From positions 16,658 through 80,657 of the forward strand of contig JBDSNU010000007.1 of NCBI GenBank assembly GCA_039915165.1: a stretch of 64,000 nucleotides of DNA, in the 5' to 3' direction. Positions 1-9,416 of the stretch are shown here, piece after piece. The position numbers were made by a program, and so were the translations under genes. Within the stretch, counting starts at the first letter, position 1; every line of letters starts with the position of its first letter. A model generated the notes under the pieces. It had not been told where the DNA came from. It ran no database searches and saw only the letters and a program-made list of their open reading frames with translations. Source of the stretch: Minisyncoccota bacterium (GTDB lineage Bacteria; Patescibacteriota; Minisyncoccia; Phycocordibacterales; UBA9973).

Positions 1-46
1 TCCTGCCACAGCGGAAACAGATAGAAGAATATTATGGAAAAGACGA

Positions 47-478
47 TTGATTTCTTATATTCACATCGACAATTTCCAAGAGGTTGTTCAAATAAAGCAG
101 TCAGCTCAGCCGAGCTGTAGCATTATTCCATACAAGCTAAATGCCCCCTTAACGGCAAGTGAGTTAATTGAAGAAATTGGTGATATGGATTTTATCATTG
201 CTTCAGCTTTCAGTTATTCGCAAATTGTCAGTGCGGCAAGGCGACACAAGAATATGGAAGTTAGTAACTTACCTTCTGTATTAAGCTATACGGAAGCAAA
301 TTATTTTTTCATTATTCGCAATGATGGAGCATTAGGCATAGTATCGTTGTTTCCACGTACTGAGTTTAATCGTTTTAAAAAGTGGGAAGGTTGGTTTCCT
401 GGTATTACTAATTCTTATCTTTTAAAGGGAAGACTTTTATTAAAAGAAGGTCTTCCAGAAACAATCCTACATTCTTAA
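47..478 (+). CDS. hypothetical protein (143 aa)
   Basis: Intact ORF with no recognisable motif. It ends just upstream of the LexA-box promoter. Confidence 0.35.
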   Translation: MISYIHIDNFQEVVQIKQSAQPSCSIIPYKLNAPLTASELIEEIGDMDFIIASAFSYSQIVSAARRHKNMEVSNLPSVLSYTEANYFFIIRNDGALGIVSLFPRTEFNRFKKWEGWFPGITNSYLLKGRLLLKEGLPETILHS

Positions 479-532
479 TTGAGTGTAGGATTTTATTTTT
501 GACTTATCCACAGTTTTTCTTAGGGAATATAC

Positions 533-561
533 TTGCATGTGAACGATTGTTCACATATACT
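533..561 (+). promoter_or_regulatory. sigma-70-type promoter TTGCAT(533-538)-N17-TATACT(556-561) with an embedded Cheo-type LexA operator TGTGAACGATTGTTCACA (538-555)
   Basis: The hexamers, the 17-nt spacer and the 18-bp perfect palindrome with a GAAC-N4-GTTC core can all be read directly. A cognate lexA gene lies 450 nt downstream. The operator fills the promoter spacer. Confidence 0.65.
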
Positions 562-609
562 AAAAGAGTAGTACACGGAGGAAATAATTAGTTTAAAAAG
601 AGTTTATAT

Positions 610-795
610 ATGTCACAAAATCAATACATCGCAACATTAGAAAAACAGATCAACGCACTCAATCGTCACATTGATGCCAAGATCATCAAAGGCCAACAAT
701 ACGTTGAAGAGTCACGCAAGCACCACGCTTTGCTCCGCAAATTGCGAGAACAAAAGAGAGGCTTCATCGGTCGTGTCTTCCCATTATTTGCATAA
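610..795 (+). CDS. small basic coiled-coil protein (61 aa), putative SOS-regulated
   Basis: First ORF downstream of the LexA-box promoter. It is Lys/Arg-rich, has no TM segment, and belongs to no family I recognise. Confidence 0.45.
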   Translation: MSQNQYIATLEKQINALNRHIDAKIIKGQQYVEESRKHHALLRKLREQKRGFIGRVFPLFA

Positions 796-1006
796 TTTAT
801 ACTGCTATGAAAATTACTCCATTCCAACTCGCACTTAAAAATGAAATCAATCGCATTGAGCGACTTAGTAACAATTACTCGCAAGGTAACCATTCGCTTG
901 TTGCTTATACCTACGTTAAACCTATAAAACCTAGCAATTTTCTGCTACAATTGTTTCGTAACAGCTTACGCATTAGCTTCTAAGCTGATAACTCGTTATA
1001 ACCATT

Positions 1007-1570
1007 ATGGAAACAGATTACAAAGAAAAAATACTGACATTCTACCAATCTCAGCGCCGCATGCCGACCTATACTGAAATGATGAAGCTTTTCGGCTTCA
1101 AGTCAAAAAATGCAGTTGCTCGCGTAGTCACAAAACTTATTGCAGCGGGTATCGTCGCAAAAGACAAGCTAGGGAAACTAATTCCATCTGATAGTTTCAA
1201 TGATGTACCAATGCTTGGCTTTGTTACTGCCGGCCTGCCTGCGCCTGGTGAACTACTGACTGATACACTCAACATCGAAAACTATTTAATGCCTAAGAAG
1301 GCCTCCACATATCTTTTTGAAGTAACTGGTGACTCAATGATCGAAGCGCACATTGCTGATGGCGATATAGTTATTGCCGAACGATCAACTACTGCCAAAG
1401 AAGGTGATATTGTTATTGCTCAAATCGATGGGGAGTTCACTATGAAATATCTCCGCGGTAAAAGTGGTAAGCAATGGCTTGAACCAGCTAACAAGAAATA
1501 CAAACCGATTTATCCAGATTACGAACTAAGTATTGTTGCTATCGTTCGCGGAGTAATGCGTAAGTATTAA
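1007..1570 (+). CDS. lexA: LexA repressor (S24 peptidase, SOS regulator)
   Basis: N-terminal wHTH. The C-terminal domain has the cleavage site VTAG-LPAPG, the catalytic Ser motif GDSM, and a Lys within the YLRGK segment. Length 187 aa. Confidence 0.9.
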   Translation: METDYKEKILTFYQSQRRMPTYTEMMKLFGFKSKNAVARVVTKLIAAGIVAKDKLGKLIPSDSFNDVPMLGFVTAGLPAPGELLTDTLNIENYLMPKKASTYLFEVTGDSMIEAHIADGDIVIAERSTTAKEGDIVIAQIDGEFTMKYLRGKSGKQWLEPANKKYKPIYPDYELSIVAIVRGVMRKY

Positions 1571-1577
1571 TTAAAAA

Positions 1578-1606
1578 CCCTAAGTAGCACTACTCAGGGT
1601 TTTTTG
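1578..1606. terminator. bidirectional intrinsic terminator (A-run, CCCTAAGTAG/CTACTCAGGG stem, T-run)
   Basis: Hairpin flanked by AAAAA and TTTTTT between the convergent lexA gene and the membrane-protein gene. Confidence 0.6.
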
Positions 1607-2627
1607 TTTGTACTGATTTATACAGCAATAGTCCAGCGATGACTGGTATCCAGAACGAAAGTACTCTATACATCAATGTGATAACCAATGCTGCTTGAAA
1701 TGGGATACCCAATGCTGAATAGAAAAATGTCATTGCGCCTTCAAACACTAGTAATGATCCGGGAGAAATAGGCAATGCTGCAATAATATTTGATAACAAA
1801 AGACCAAGTAAAATAACAATCACTGATGCATGTAGCTCAAGCCCTTTCATTAGGGCAAAAATGGTTAGTCCGTCTGCCAAGAACACTGTAAGGTGACCTG
1901 CAATAACCATTGCCATTTGTTTTGGATATTTTCTGTACATGTCCCACACACCACTGACGTTATATTCAGTAAATGTACCTTGTGGAGAAAAAGTTACTCC
2001 TTCGAAATAATGACTAATGAAACGGAAGCGGGATAATTTTTTTATAAGGTATTGTAAGGTGTCTCTCTTACTAAAAATAGTAATGGCGGTTGCAAGTACT
2101 GCATAAAAAATAAAACCATAAATTATAACAATTAGAAACAAGTGAGGGAGGGAGGTGTGCCCTACGAGATAGATTAGTGGCAAGCATAGTAACAGCAACG
2201 CCATTGCTATATACAAAGAAAGACACTCCATAATGATCGTGAAGAATGTCTTTTTTGATGTCACGCCATTTTTTGATAGTTCGCTATATAAAAAACCGTT
2301 TCCACCAATACCACCGCTCGGAACAATTTGATTGATGAACACTATTACAATGGACATTTTGAACATGCGCCAGATTTTTATACCTGTTTTTTCATGAAAG
2401 CCATTCAGTAGGACGTAATACAAAGTAGCTGTTGCTAGATAAGTAATTGCCTGACTAGCAAATGCTACAGTGATCCACCAGCCATCGATTTGCTTAAACA
2501 CCTGATCAACGGTTCTCAATTGAGGTAAATTACGAATGATGATATAGAGTACGGCGCAACACAATGCAAAAAAGAATATGTTTGACCATGAAAAGAGCTT
2601 CTTTGAAGTGGTTGATAGAGTAGACAT
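1590..2627 (-). CDS. polytopic membrane protein (possibly UPF0104/flippase-like family)
   Basis: 345 aa with about 8 hydrophobic segments and a glycine-rich GGIGGNGF loop. The family assignment is tentative. Confidence 0.4.
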   Translation of the reverse strand: MSTLSTTSKKLFSWSNIFFFALCCAVLYIIIRNLPQLRTVDQVFKQIDGWWITVAFASQAITYLATATLYYVLLNGFHEKTGIKIWRMFKMSIVIVFINQIVPSGGIGGNGFLYSELSKNGVTSKKTFFTIIMECLSLYIAMALLLLCLPLIYLVGHTSLPHLFLIVIIYGFIFYAVLATAITIFSKRDTLQYLIKKLSRFRFISHYFEGVTFSPQGTFTEYNVSGVWDMYRKYPKQMAMVIAGHLTVFLADGLTIFALMKGLELHASVIVILLGLLLSNIIAALPISPGSLLVFEGAMTFFYSALGIPFQAALVITLMYRVLSFWIPVIAGLLLYKSVQTKNPE

Positions 2628-2687
2628 TACACGAACTTAATGTTATAATTATGCCGATTAATTATAACACGCCACTCCTTATTTCTC

Positions 2688-4157
2688 ATGTCAAAAGCAG
2701 AAACAATAGTACGATTCGATGACGTCTCGTTTGAATATAGTGCCACGAAACCTATTTTAGAAGAGGTAACTTTCTCAATCCGTAAAGGTGCAAAGCTCAC
2801 TCTTATGGGACAAAATGGTGCCGGGAAAAGTACTATCTTCAATTTGCTGACAGGAGTGTATAAACAAGAAGAAGGAGTTATCAACGTTGTAAAAGGAACA
2901 ACCGTAGCAACAGCACGTCAGGTAATGCCACGTGACCAAATGGATCTAACGGTACGTGAATATTTCGAATCTCAATTCAATGAGAAGATATACGATATCG
3001 ACCCGCGTATCGATAATGTATTGGAAGTAGTAAACCTTCCGGTAAAAGATGTACATGACCGTATCATCAAAACTTTTTCTGGTGGACAGCAGGCTCGCTT
3101 ATTGCTTGCCTCGGCATTGATACAAGATCCTGATTTATTATTGCTCGATGAGCCGACAAATAACCTCGACACAGCTGGTATCCAGCACCTCACCAAATTC
3201 TTAATTGATTACAAGAAAACAGTATTGGTTATTTCTCACGATGCCGAATTCTTGAATGCCTTCACTGAAGGAGTGCTCTATTTAGATATCTTCAGTCGCA
3301 AAGTTGAACAATACACAGGCAACTATACTGACGTAGTGAAAGACATCGCTATTCGTATTGAAAAAGAAAATATGAAAAATGCCATGCTGGCAAAAGAAAT
3401 TCAAGCAAAGAAAGATAAAGCAAACATGTTTGCATACAAAGGAGGTCAAATGCGTTTAGTTGCAAAACGTATGCGTGAAAAAGCTGAAGAGCTTGAAGAA
3501 GATATCGTTGACGTTCGCAAAGAAGACAAAACTATTCGTCAGTTTGCTATTCCGTTTCAACAAGATTTGATCGGTGAGATTATCACTATCAATTCATTTA
3601 CGGTATTAAAAAACCACAAAGTAACTGAGCGCAAAGCAGCTATTGCGCTTCGCAAAAACCAGCACTTGTTACTAAAAGGACCAAATGGTATTGGTAAATC
3701 AACGTTACTCGAATCAATTGCTAATGGTACAGCAAAAGGATCTTCTATTAGCAAAGATGTACGCGTAGGGTATTACCGCCAAGACTTTTCTACACTAGAC
3801 TTCAATGACACAGTGTATCAATCACTTAAAAAAGCTATGGAAGCTTCGGGTATTCGTCCCAATGAGGAACGCCTTCGCTCAGTTGCTGCAAACTTCTTGA
3901 TCACTAGCGATGTTATCAATACTCGTATCGGAGCACTATCTGAAGGGCAAAAAGGTATGGTGGCATTTGCTAACTTGGTATTGATGGAACCAGGGTTGCT
4001 AATCCTCGATGAACCAACAAACCATATTAACTTCCGTCACTTGCCGATTATTGCAAAAGCATTGAGTGCTTATACTGGCGCGATGATTTTAGTTTCTCAC
4101 GTAAATGAGTTCGTGCACCAAATCCGTATCGACGAAACATTGGACTTAGATAAATAA
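2688..4157 (+). CDS. ABC-F family ATPase (tandem ABC domains, no TMD)
   Basis: Two Walker A motifs (GQNGAGKST and GPNGIGKST), two ABC signatures (FSGGQQARL and LSEGQKGMV), two Walker B motifs (LLLLDEPTN and LLILDEPTN), and a charged inter-domain linker. Confidence 0.85.
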   Translation: MSKAETIVRFDDVSFEYSATKPILEEVTFSIRKGAKLTLMGQNGAGKSTIFNLLTGVYKQEEGVINVVKGTTVATARQVMPRDQMDLTVREYFESQFNEKIYDIDPRIDNVLEVVNLPVKDVHDRIIKTFSGGQQARLLLASALIQDPDLLLLDEPTNNLDTAGIQHLTKFLIDYKKTVLVISHDAEFLNAFTEGVLYLDIFSRKVEQYTGNYTDVVKDIAIRIEKENMKNAMLAKEIQAKKDKANMFAYKGGQMRLVAKRMREKAEELEEDIVDVRKEDKTIRQFAIPFQQDLIGEIITINSFTVLKNHKVTERKAAIALRKNQHLLLKGPNGIGKSTLLESIANGTAKGSSISKDVRVGYYRQDFSTLDFNDTVYQSLKKAMEASGIRPNEERLRSVAANFLITSDVINTRIGALSEGQKGMVAFANLVLMEPGLLILDEPTNHINFRHLPIIAKALSAYTGAMILVSHVNEFVHQIRIDETLDLDK

Positions 4158-4158
4158 T

Positions 4159-5421
4159 ATGATTAAGAAAGCTGACAACGGCGCAATACAATACGATGTC
4201 ATAGTGATTGGCGGAGGAGCATCCGGGATGATGGCGGCCGGCAAGGCTGCTGAACTAGGCAAGAAAGTGCTTATTATAGAAAAAAATAAGTTCCTCGGTG
4301 AGAAATTAAAAATCAGTGGCGGTGGCCGCTGCAATATTACGAATGCTGAAGAAGATATACAAAAGTATTTAGATCACTACAAAAGTGCCAAGCAATTTTT
4401 ATTTTCTGCATTTGCACAATTTAGCAACAAAGACACCTTTACTTTTTTTGAAAAACTGGAGTTGCCACTTGTTGTACAGGCTCGTAAACGTGCATTTCCT
4501 CACACCGAAAAATCACTTGATGTATTTAAAGCGTTAGAACGATATATGAAATTAGGTAAAGTTACCGTACTTCCTAATTCAAAAATTAGTCTTATTGAAA
4601 GAACGAACGATATGATTACAGGCGTTGTAACAGCTAGTGGTGTGACATACACTGCAAAGTCATACATTCTAGCCACTGGTGGACTTTCTCATCCAGAAAC
4701 AGGGTCAACCGGTGATGGGTTTAATTGGTTGAAAGTACTTGGTCACACTGTTACTACTCCGACACCAACCATAGTACCTTTAGCTGTAAAAGAACAGTGG
4801 GTAAAAGAATTGGCTGGAGTATCACTTTCATTTATGAAAATCGCCTTTTATGCGGAAGGTAAGAAAAAAATTACCAAGACTGGGAAACTACTCTTCACTC
4901 ACTTTGGATTGTCTGGACCGCTTATTTTGAATGTAGCGGGCGATGTTGATGATCTACTACAAGAGGGAATAGTTACCGCGACTATTGATGCCTATCCAGA
5001 TACCGACCATGGAGCATTGGAGCAAAAAATTATTTCAGTATTTGATACAAATAAAAATAAAATTCTTAAAAATGTTTTTGATGATATCGTACCTCACGGC
5101 ATGATTGAAGCAGTATTTTCACTATTACCAGGACTCGATAAGGAATTAAAAGTTCATAGTGTTACCAAGGAGCAGCGCAAAGAGTTAGTAAATCTTTTGA
5201 AAGCCTTGCCAATGACTATTACTGGTCTCATGGGATATGACCGCGCAGTGGTAGCAGATGGCGGCATTCCACTTACCGAAATGGATATGAAGACTATGCG
5301 TTCTAAATGTATTAAAAATTTGTATATCACCGGAGACCTTTTGCATATCACTCGTCCCTCTGGAGGATTCTCATTACAACTTTGCTGGACAACTGGATTC
5401 ATCGCTGGACTTAATGCATAA
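4159..5421 (+). CDS. HI0933/BaiN-like FAD-dependent flavoprotein (aminoacetone oxidase family)
   Basis: N-terminal dinucleotide-binding motif VIVIGGGASGMMAA, followed by the family signature GGGRCNITN. Confidence 0.8.
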   Translation: MIKKADNGAIQYDVIVIGGGASGMMAAGKAAELGKKVLIIEKNKFLGEKLKISGGGRCNITNAEEDIQKYLDHYKSAKQFLFSAFAQFSNKDTFTFFEKLELPLVVQARKRAFPHTEKSLDVFKALERYMKLGKVTVLPNSKISLIERTNDMITGVVTASGVTYTAKSYILATGGLSHPETGSTGDGFNWLKVLGHTVTTPTPTIVPLAVKEQWVKELAGVSLSFMKIAFYAEGKKKITKTGKLLFTHFGLSGPLILNVAGDVDDLLQEGIVTATIDAYPDTDHGALEQKIISVFDTNKNKILKNVFDDIVPHGMIEAVFSLLPGLDKELKVHSVTKEQRKELVNLLKALPMTITGLMGYDRAVVADGGIPLTEMDMKTMRSKCIKNLYITGDLLHITRPSGGFSLQLCWTTGFIAGLNA

Positions 5422-5471
5422 ATAAAATTTCAGTCTATACTTATTACATACTAGAAGTAATAATAACTTAT

Positions 5472-6374
5472 ATGCAAAAAATCATCCCACATCTATGGCT
5501 TAACAAGAACGCTGAGGAAGCTGTTGCTTTCTATACTTCTATTTTTAATAACGGAAAAATTCTTGGCACTGCTGCCTATACAGAAGCAGGCCAAGAAATT
5601 CATCAAATGAAACCGGGTTCAATAATGAGTATCAATTTCGAAATCGAAGGTTTTGAATTTATTACTATAAATGGTGGTTCAATATTCACCATCAATCCCT
5701 CAATTTCTTTTATGGTTCACTATACTGACAAAGATGCCATTGGTGAATTGTGGGAGAAATTACTTGAAGGAGGCAAGACCTTGATGCCTTTGGATGCATA
5801 TCCATTCAGTGAAAAGTATGGTTGGGTGCAAGATAAATATGGAGTGTCATGGCAAATCATGCTCGGACAAGGAACTATTGTTCAAACTATCATGCCATCA
5901 TTAATGTATACACAACGAGTAGCGGGCAAAGCTGAAGAAGCAATCAATCTATATACTTCTACATTCCGAAACGGTGAGGTGAAAATGTTGGCACGATATC
6001 CTGCCGGCATGCCTGATGACAAAGAAGGAACACTGATGTATTCAGATTTCCTTATCGAAGGACAAATGTTTGCAGCTATGGATAGTGCGGGTAAGCATGC
6101 GTTCACCTTTAGTGAAGGAGTATCGCTGCTGGTTAACTGTGAGGACCAGACTGAAATCGATCGCTTATGGGAAGCATTGTCAGTAGATCCAGAGGCTGAA
6201 CAATGTGGTTGGATGAAAGACAAGTACGGCGTGTCGTGGCAAATTGTTCCTAACATCATGCAGGAAATATTACGCAGCGATGACACTGAAAAGAAGAATC
6301 GCGTAATTGCGGCAATGATGCCTATGAAGAAAATAGACCTTGATGTAATTGAAAAAGCTGCAAGAGGTGAGTAG
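5472..6374 (+). CDS. VOC-superfamily protein with tandem PhnB/3-demethylubiquinone-9 methyltransferase-like domains
   Basis: Two internal repeats, each ending in the segment KYGVSWQIM or KYGVSWQIV that is typical of the PF06983-type glyoxalase-like fold. Confidence 0.65.
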   Translation: MQKIIPHLWLNKNAEEAVAFYTSIFNNGKILGTAAYTEAGQEIHQMKPGSIMSINFEIEGFEFITINGGSIFTINPSISFMVHYTDKDAIGELWEKLLEGGKTLMPLDAYPFSEKYGWVQDKYGVSWQIMLGQGTIVQTIMPSLMYTQRVAGKAEEAINLYTSTFRNGEVKMLARYPAGMPDDKEGTLMYSDFLIEGQMFAAMDSAGKHAFTFSEGVSLLVNCEDQTEIDRLWEALSVDPEAEQCGWMKDKYGVSWQIVPNIMQEILRSDDTEKKNRVIAAMMPMKKIDLDVIEKAARGE

Positions 6375-6388
6375 GTAGATATAATGCT

Positions 6389-7402
6389 ATGATGGTGCCA
6401 ATGGATAAAAGCTTGAAAACTGCTCGTGTTGTCGAGGAGCACAAAACTCAATATGTTATACGGAGCGCTGACAAAGATTATACAGCGGTTATTCGTGGCA
6501 AAATTCTTTTGAATGGTAAAAAAGATTTTCCTAAAGTTGGTGACTATGTAGAGTTCACCGAACTTGGTAATGACCAAGCTGTTGTTGAAAGTATTTTACC
6601 CCGCACTACTCAGATTATCCGTAAGGCCGCTATTGGTAACACACCGCAAGTCATTGTCGTAAACGTAGATATTATGTTTGTTGTGATGGGTCTTGATGGA
6701 GACTACAACATTCGACGTTTAGAGCGATATTTATTGTTAGCAGAACAAAGTAATGTGAAGCCTATTATTGTTTTGAATAAAATGGATGCTGTAAGCGACG
6801 TACAGCAATTCATAGATGAAGTCTCGAGTATTGCACCGAACACACCGATACACGCTGTCAGCGCGACTACAAAGCAGAATATGGATATACTAAAGACATA
6901 CTTTGGTCCAGAAACTACTGCAGTTATGCTTGGCTCATCTGGGGCGGGCAAATCTACTATGATGAACTGGTTCCTTGGCTTTGATAAACAATCTACTCAA
7001 GAAGTTCGTGAAGACGATGGTAAGGGTCGTCATACAACAACATATCGTGAATTATTTAAACTTCCAGAAGGTGGGTACCTTATAGACACACCGGGAATGC
7101 GAACCCTCGCAATATTTACTACCGGTGATCCGACTGCGGATGTTTTTGGTGACGTTGAAGCATTATTGAAAGAATGTAAGTATGCTGACTGTGATCACAT
7201 CAAAAGCCGCGGCTGTGCAATTCAAAATGCTATCTATGATGGGAAACTAGATCCTAAGCATTGGGCTAGTTACTGCAAACTGAAAGGCGAGCAGGAATAT
7301 CTAAAAACAAAGATAGGCGTAAACTCTAATGCGGAACACAAACAAAAAGTAAGAGCTGTTCAGAAACAAAATAAAAGATATTTAAATAGTGAGCAGGAAT
7401 AA
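6389..7402 (+). CDS. rsgA: ribosome small-subunit-dependent GTPase A
   Basis: N-terminal OB fold. Circularly permuted GTPase with NKMD before GSSGAGKST. C-terminal zinc finger CKYADCDHIKSRGC. Confidence 0.85.
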   Translation: MMVPMDKSLKTARVVEEHKTQYVIRSADKDYTAVIRGKILLNGKKDFPKVGDYVEFTELGNDQAVVESILPRTTQIIRKAAIGNTPQVIVVNVDIMFVVMGLDGDYNIRRLERYLLLAEQSNVKPIIVLNKMDAVSDVQQFIDEVSSIAPNTPIHAVSATTKQNMDILKTYFGPETTAVMLGSSGAGKSTMMNWFLGFDKQSTQEVREDDGKGRHTTTYRELFKLPEGGYLIDTPGMRTLAIFTTGDPTADVFGDVEALLKECKYADCDHIKSRGCAIQNAIYDGKLDPKHWASYCKLKGEQEYLKTKIGVNSNAEHKQKVRAVQKQNKRYLNSEQE

Positions 7403-7409
7403 CTATACC

Positions 7410-7451
7410 CAGTGGTTATATCTAAAATGTGCTTTGCTTAGTAACGCACAT
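7410..7451. repeat. 42-nt intergenic repeat, copy A (CAGTGGTTATATCTAAAATGTGCTTTGCTTAGTAACGCACAT)
   Basis: Matches the inverted copy at 34636-34675 at 38 of 40 positions. Its last 26 nt are identical to 34714-34739. It lies in a convergent intergenic region. Confidence 0.7.
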
Positions 7452-7477
7452 CCGGCTTGGGGAGCGGTGTGTATTTT

Positions 7478-8137
7478 TTAGACAGCCTTACCATCTGCAA
7501 TTTGAATGACGCGGTCACAGAAAACTGTATATTCTTTTTCATGAGTTACCATAACGATGGTCTGACCTTGCTTGTGTAGATCTTTGAAGATTTCAATAAC
7601 TGCTTGCCCTGATTCACTGTCGAGATTAGCTGTTGGTTCGTCTGCAAACAAAATCTTGGGGTTGTGTGCAACTGCACGTGCAATAGAAACACGCTGCTGT
7701 TCGCCGCCAGACATCTGACTCGGCAAGTTATTTTCACGATGACCTAGATTGATACGAGTAAGTGAAGCCTGTGCAATAGTTTTTGCTTCTGATGTTGTTT
7801 TACCTTGCATGAGCAATGGTACCATGACGTTTTCAATTGCAGTTAACTCAGGGAGTAACGCGTAATCTTGAAAAATATATCCTAATTCATTGAGTCTAAA
7901 TGCTGTGCGTTCAGCAACAGATAAGTCTGTGGTGCGAGTATCATCAATAACTATCGTTCCTGTCGTTGGGTCATCAAGCAGTCCAAGCTGATAGAGCAAT
8001 GTAGACTTACCAGCTCCTGACTTACCCATAATCGCTACGAATTCGCCTGAATGGATAGTCAGATCAATACCTTTTAGCACATGAGTGATCACGTCACCGT
8101 TTTTAAATGTTTTTGTAATACCTGTTGCAGTAATCAT
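7478..8137 (-). CDS. ABC transporter ATP-binding subunit (MacB/DevA/FtsE-like)
   Basis: Walker [10 protein letters not shown], signature [14 protein letters not shown], Walker [13 protein letters not shown]. 219 aa with no TMD. Confidence 0.85.
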   Translation of the reverse strand: MITATGITKTFKNGDVITHVLKGIDLTIHSGEFVAIMGKSGAGKSTLLYQLGLLDDPTTGTIVIDDTRTTDLSVAERTAFRLNELGYIFQDYALLPELTAIENVMVPLLMQGKTTSEAKTIAQASLTRINLGHRENNLPSQMSGGEQQRVSIARAVAHNPKILFADEPTANLDSESGQAVIEIFKDLHKQGQTIVMVTHEKEYTVFCDRVIQIADGKAV

Positions 8138-8147
8138 ATATAAACTC

Positions 8148-9416
8148 TTAACGTCCTAAAATACTATCGAGAGTATTTTTCTTAATAATCATTCGAGCAG
8201 GGATGAAGCCAGCAATCAGTGTCACAATGAGTAAGACCACGATGCGTACCAGTGTAGTTGGGACATCAGCCACTAAAATACCGTCTGAGAAAGGGAAGTT
8301 AAGCGGGTGAGCATTGAACAATGGCACCAATACCCCATAGAGGATAATACTTCCGAGCAAGGATCCAGAAAATCCATAAAACAAAGACTGGAGTAAGTAT
8401 GACACCTCAATAGCAAGTGGAGATACACCGATACCTTTCAAAATACCTATAAACTTACGACGAGTTACAGCATTGATGAATACCACAATAAAGATAGTGA
8501 TTGAGCCCACAACAATACCGATAGCTCCGATAAGGTTACCGAGCAAACTAAATGCTGTTTTGATTTGGGTAAGGAAGTCTGGAATTGCTTCATCAGCAGT
8601 TTGAATTTTTGCAGTAGTATCAAATCCATCATCAACCAAGCGTTGTTTCATTTCATTATCTGTAATTGTTGTAGCATGCTGCACTGCAATTTCATTTACA
8701 TCTAAATTGGTACGATTGGATAATTGAATAAAATCAGCATTAGAAATAAATGAACGCAATGATACTTCACCTACCTTTGACTTAACAATACCACTCACTA
8801 TAAATTCGCGAGTATTACCGTTCACTGTTACTTTCACTGTATCTCCAGGATAAATATTTTTTAATGAACTAAAAGAATCCCCAAATGATGACGAATATCG
8901 ATCAAGCAGATTAGACCCAAGTACTATATAGCCACTTTCGCCTGGTTCAAGAAACTTTCCTTCAACCACATATTTGGAAATATTTGAGAAATTATTTTCT
9001 TGCGCTGGATCAATGCCCGTAAGCTGGCCACCGATAGAGTTCGCCTTATTACTGAAATCGGTACGAGTTTTGTAATTTGCCTCAATAGTAGAGCCGACTA
9101 GGAAGCGCGCAGTGTATTTTGTAACCTGTGGGTCATGAGCAACTGTACTAATAAAGTTTTGTGAATGATCGATAGTAGTTTTACCAGAAAGGGTAGTAGC
9201 GATAACATCTCCAGTGTATTGATTACGATTGGCAATATTTCCACCAACAATCAGTCCGACTAAGATACCTGAAACAACCACCAGGTTTAAAAAGGTGAAT
9301 GTCATGATCGATATAATTAGAATAGTAGTTGAACGATTGGCGCGACGTAATTGACGTACACCGAGAAACAACCCGACTTTAACTGATTGGCTAAATGTAG
9401 ACATATTACTGCGCAT
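8148..9416 (-). CDS. ABC transporter permease, FtsX/MacB-type with large extracytoplasmic loop
   Basis: An N-terminal TM, a soluble domain of about 230 aa, then 3 C-terminal TMs. Translationally coupled to the ATPase and adaptor genes. Confidence 0.75.
   Translation of the reverse strand: MRSNMSTFSQSVKVGLFLGVRQLRRANRSTTILIISIMTFTFLNLVVVSGILVGLIVGGNIANRNQYTGDVIATTLSGKTTIDHSQNFISTVAHDPQVTKYTARFLVGSTIEANYKTRTDFSNKANSIGGQLTGIDPAQENNFSNISKYVVEGKFLEPGESGYIVLGSNLLDRYSSSFGDSFSSLKNIYPGDTVKVTVNGNTREFIVSGIVKSKVGEVSLRSFISNADFIQLSNRTNLDVNEIAVQHATTITDNEMKQRLVDDGFDTTAKIQTADEAIPDFLTQIKTAFSLLGNLIGAIGIVVGSITIFIVVFINAVTRRKFIGILKGIGVSPLAIEVSYLLQSLFYGFSGSLLGSIILYGVLVPLFNAHPLNFPFSDGILVADVPTTLVRIVVLLIVTLIAGFIPARMIIKKNTLDSILGR

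Noticed and set aside
503-511. DnaA box TTATCCACA as evidence of a replication origin
   Set aside because: I found only a single box. There is no cluster, no AT-rich DUE arrangement, and no dnaA/dnaN nearby. It is more likely a chance match, or at most a regulatory site.
5882-6577. 231-aa minus-strand ORF antisense to the VOC-family gene and the rsgA start
   Set aside because: It is completely embedded antisense in two well-supported genes and has a low-complexity composition. It is a spurious ORF. The same reasoning applies to other antisense ORFs in the track, for example 2627-2884, 9999-10235, 25269-25679, 31673-32071, 39155-39517, 49396-49707 and 59780-60067.
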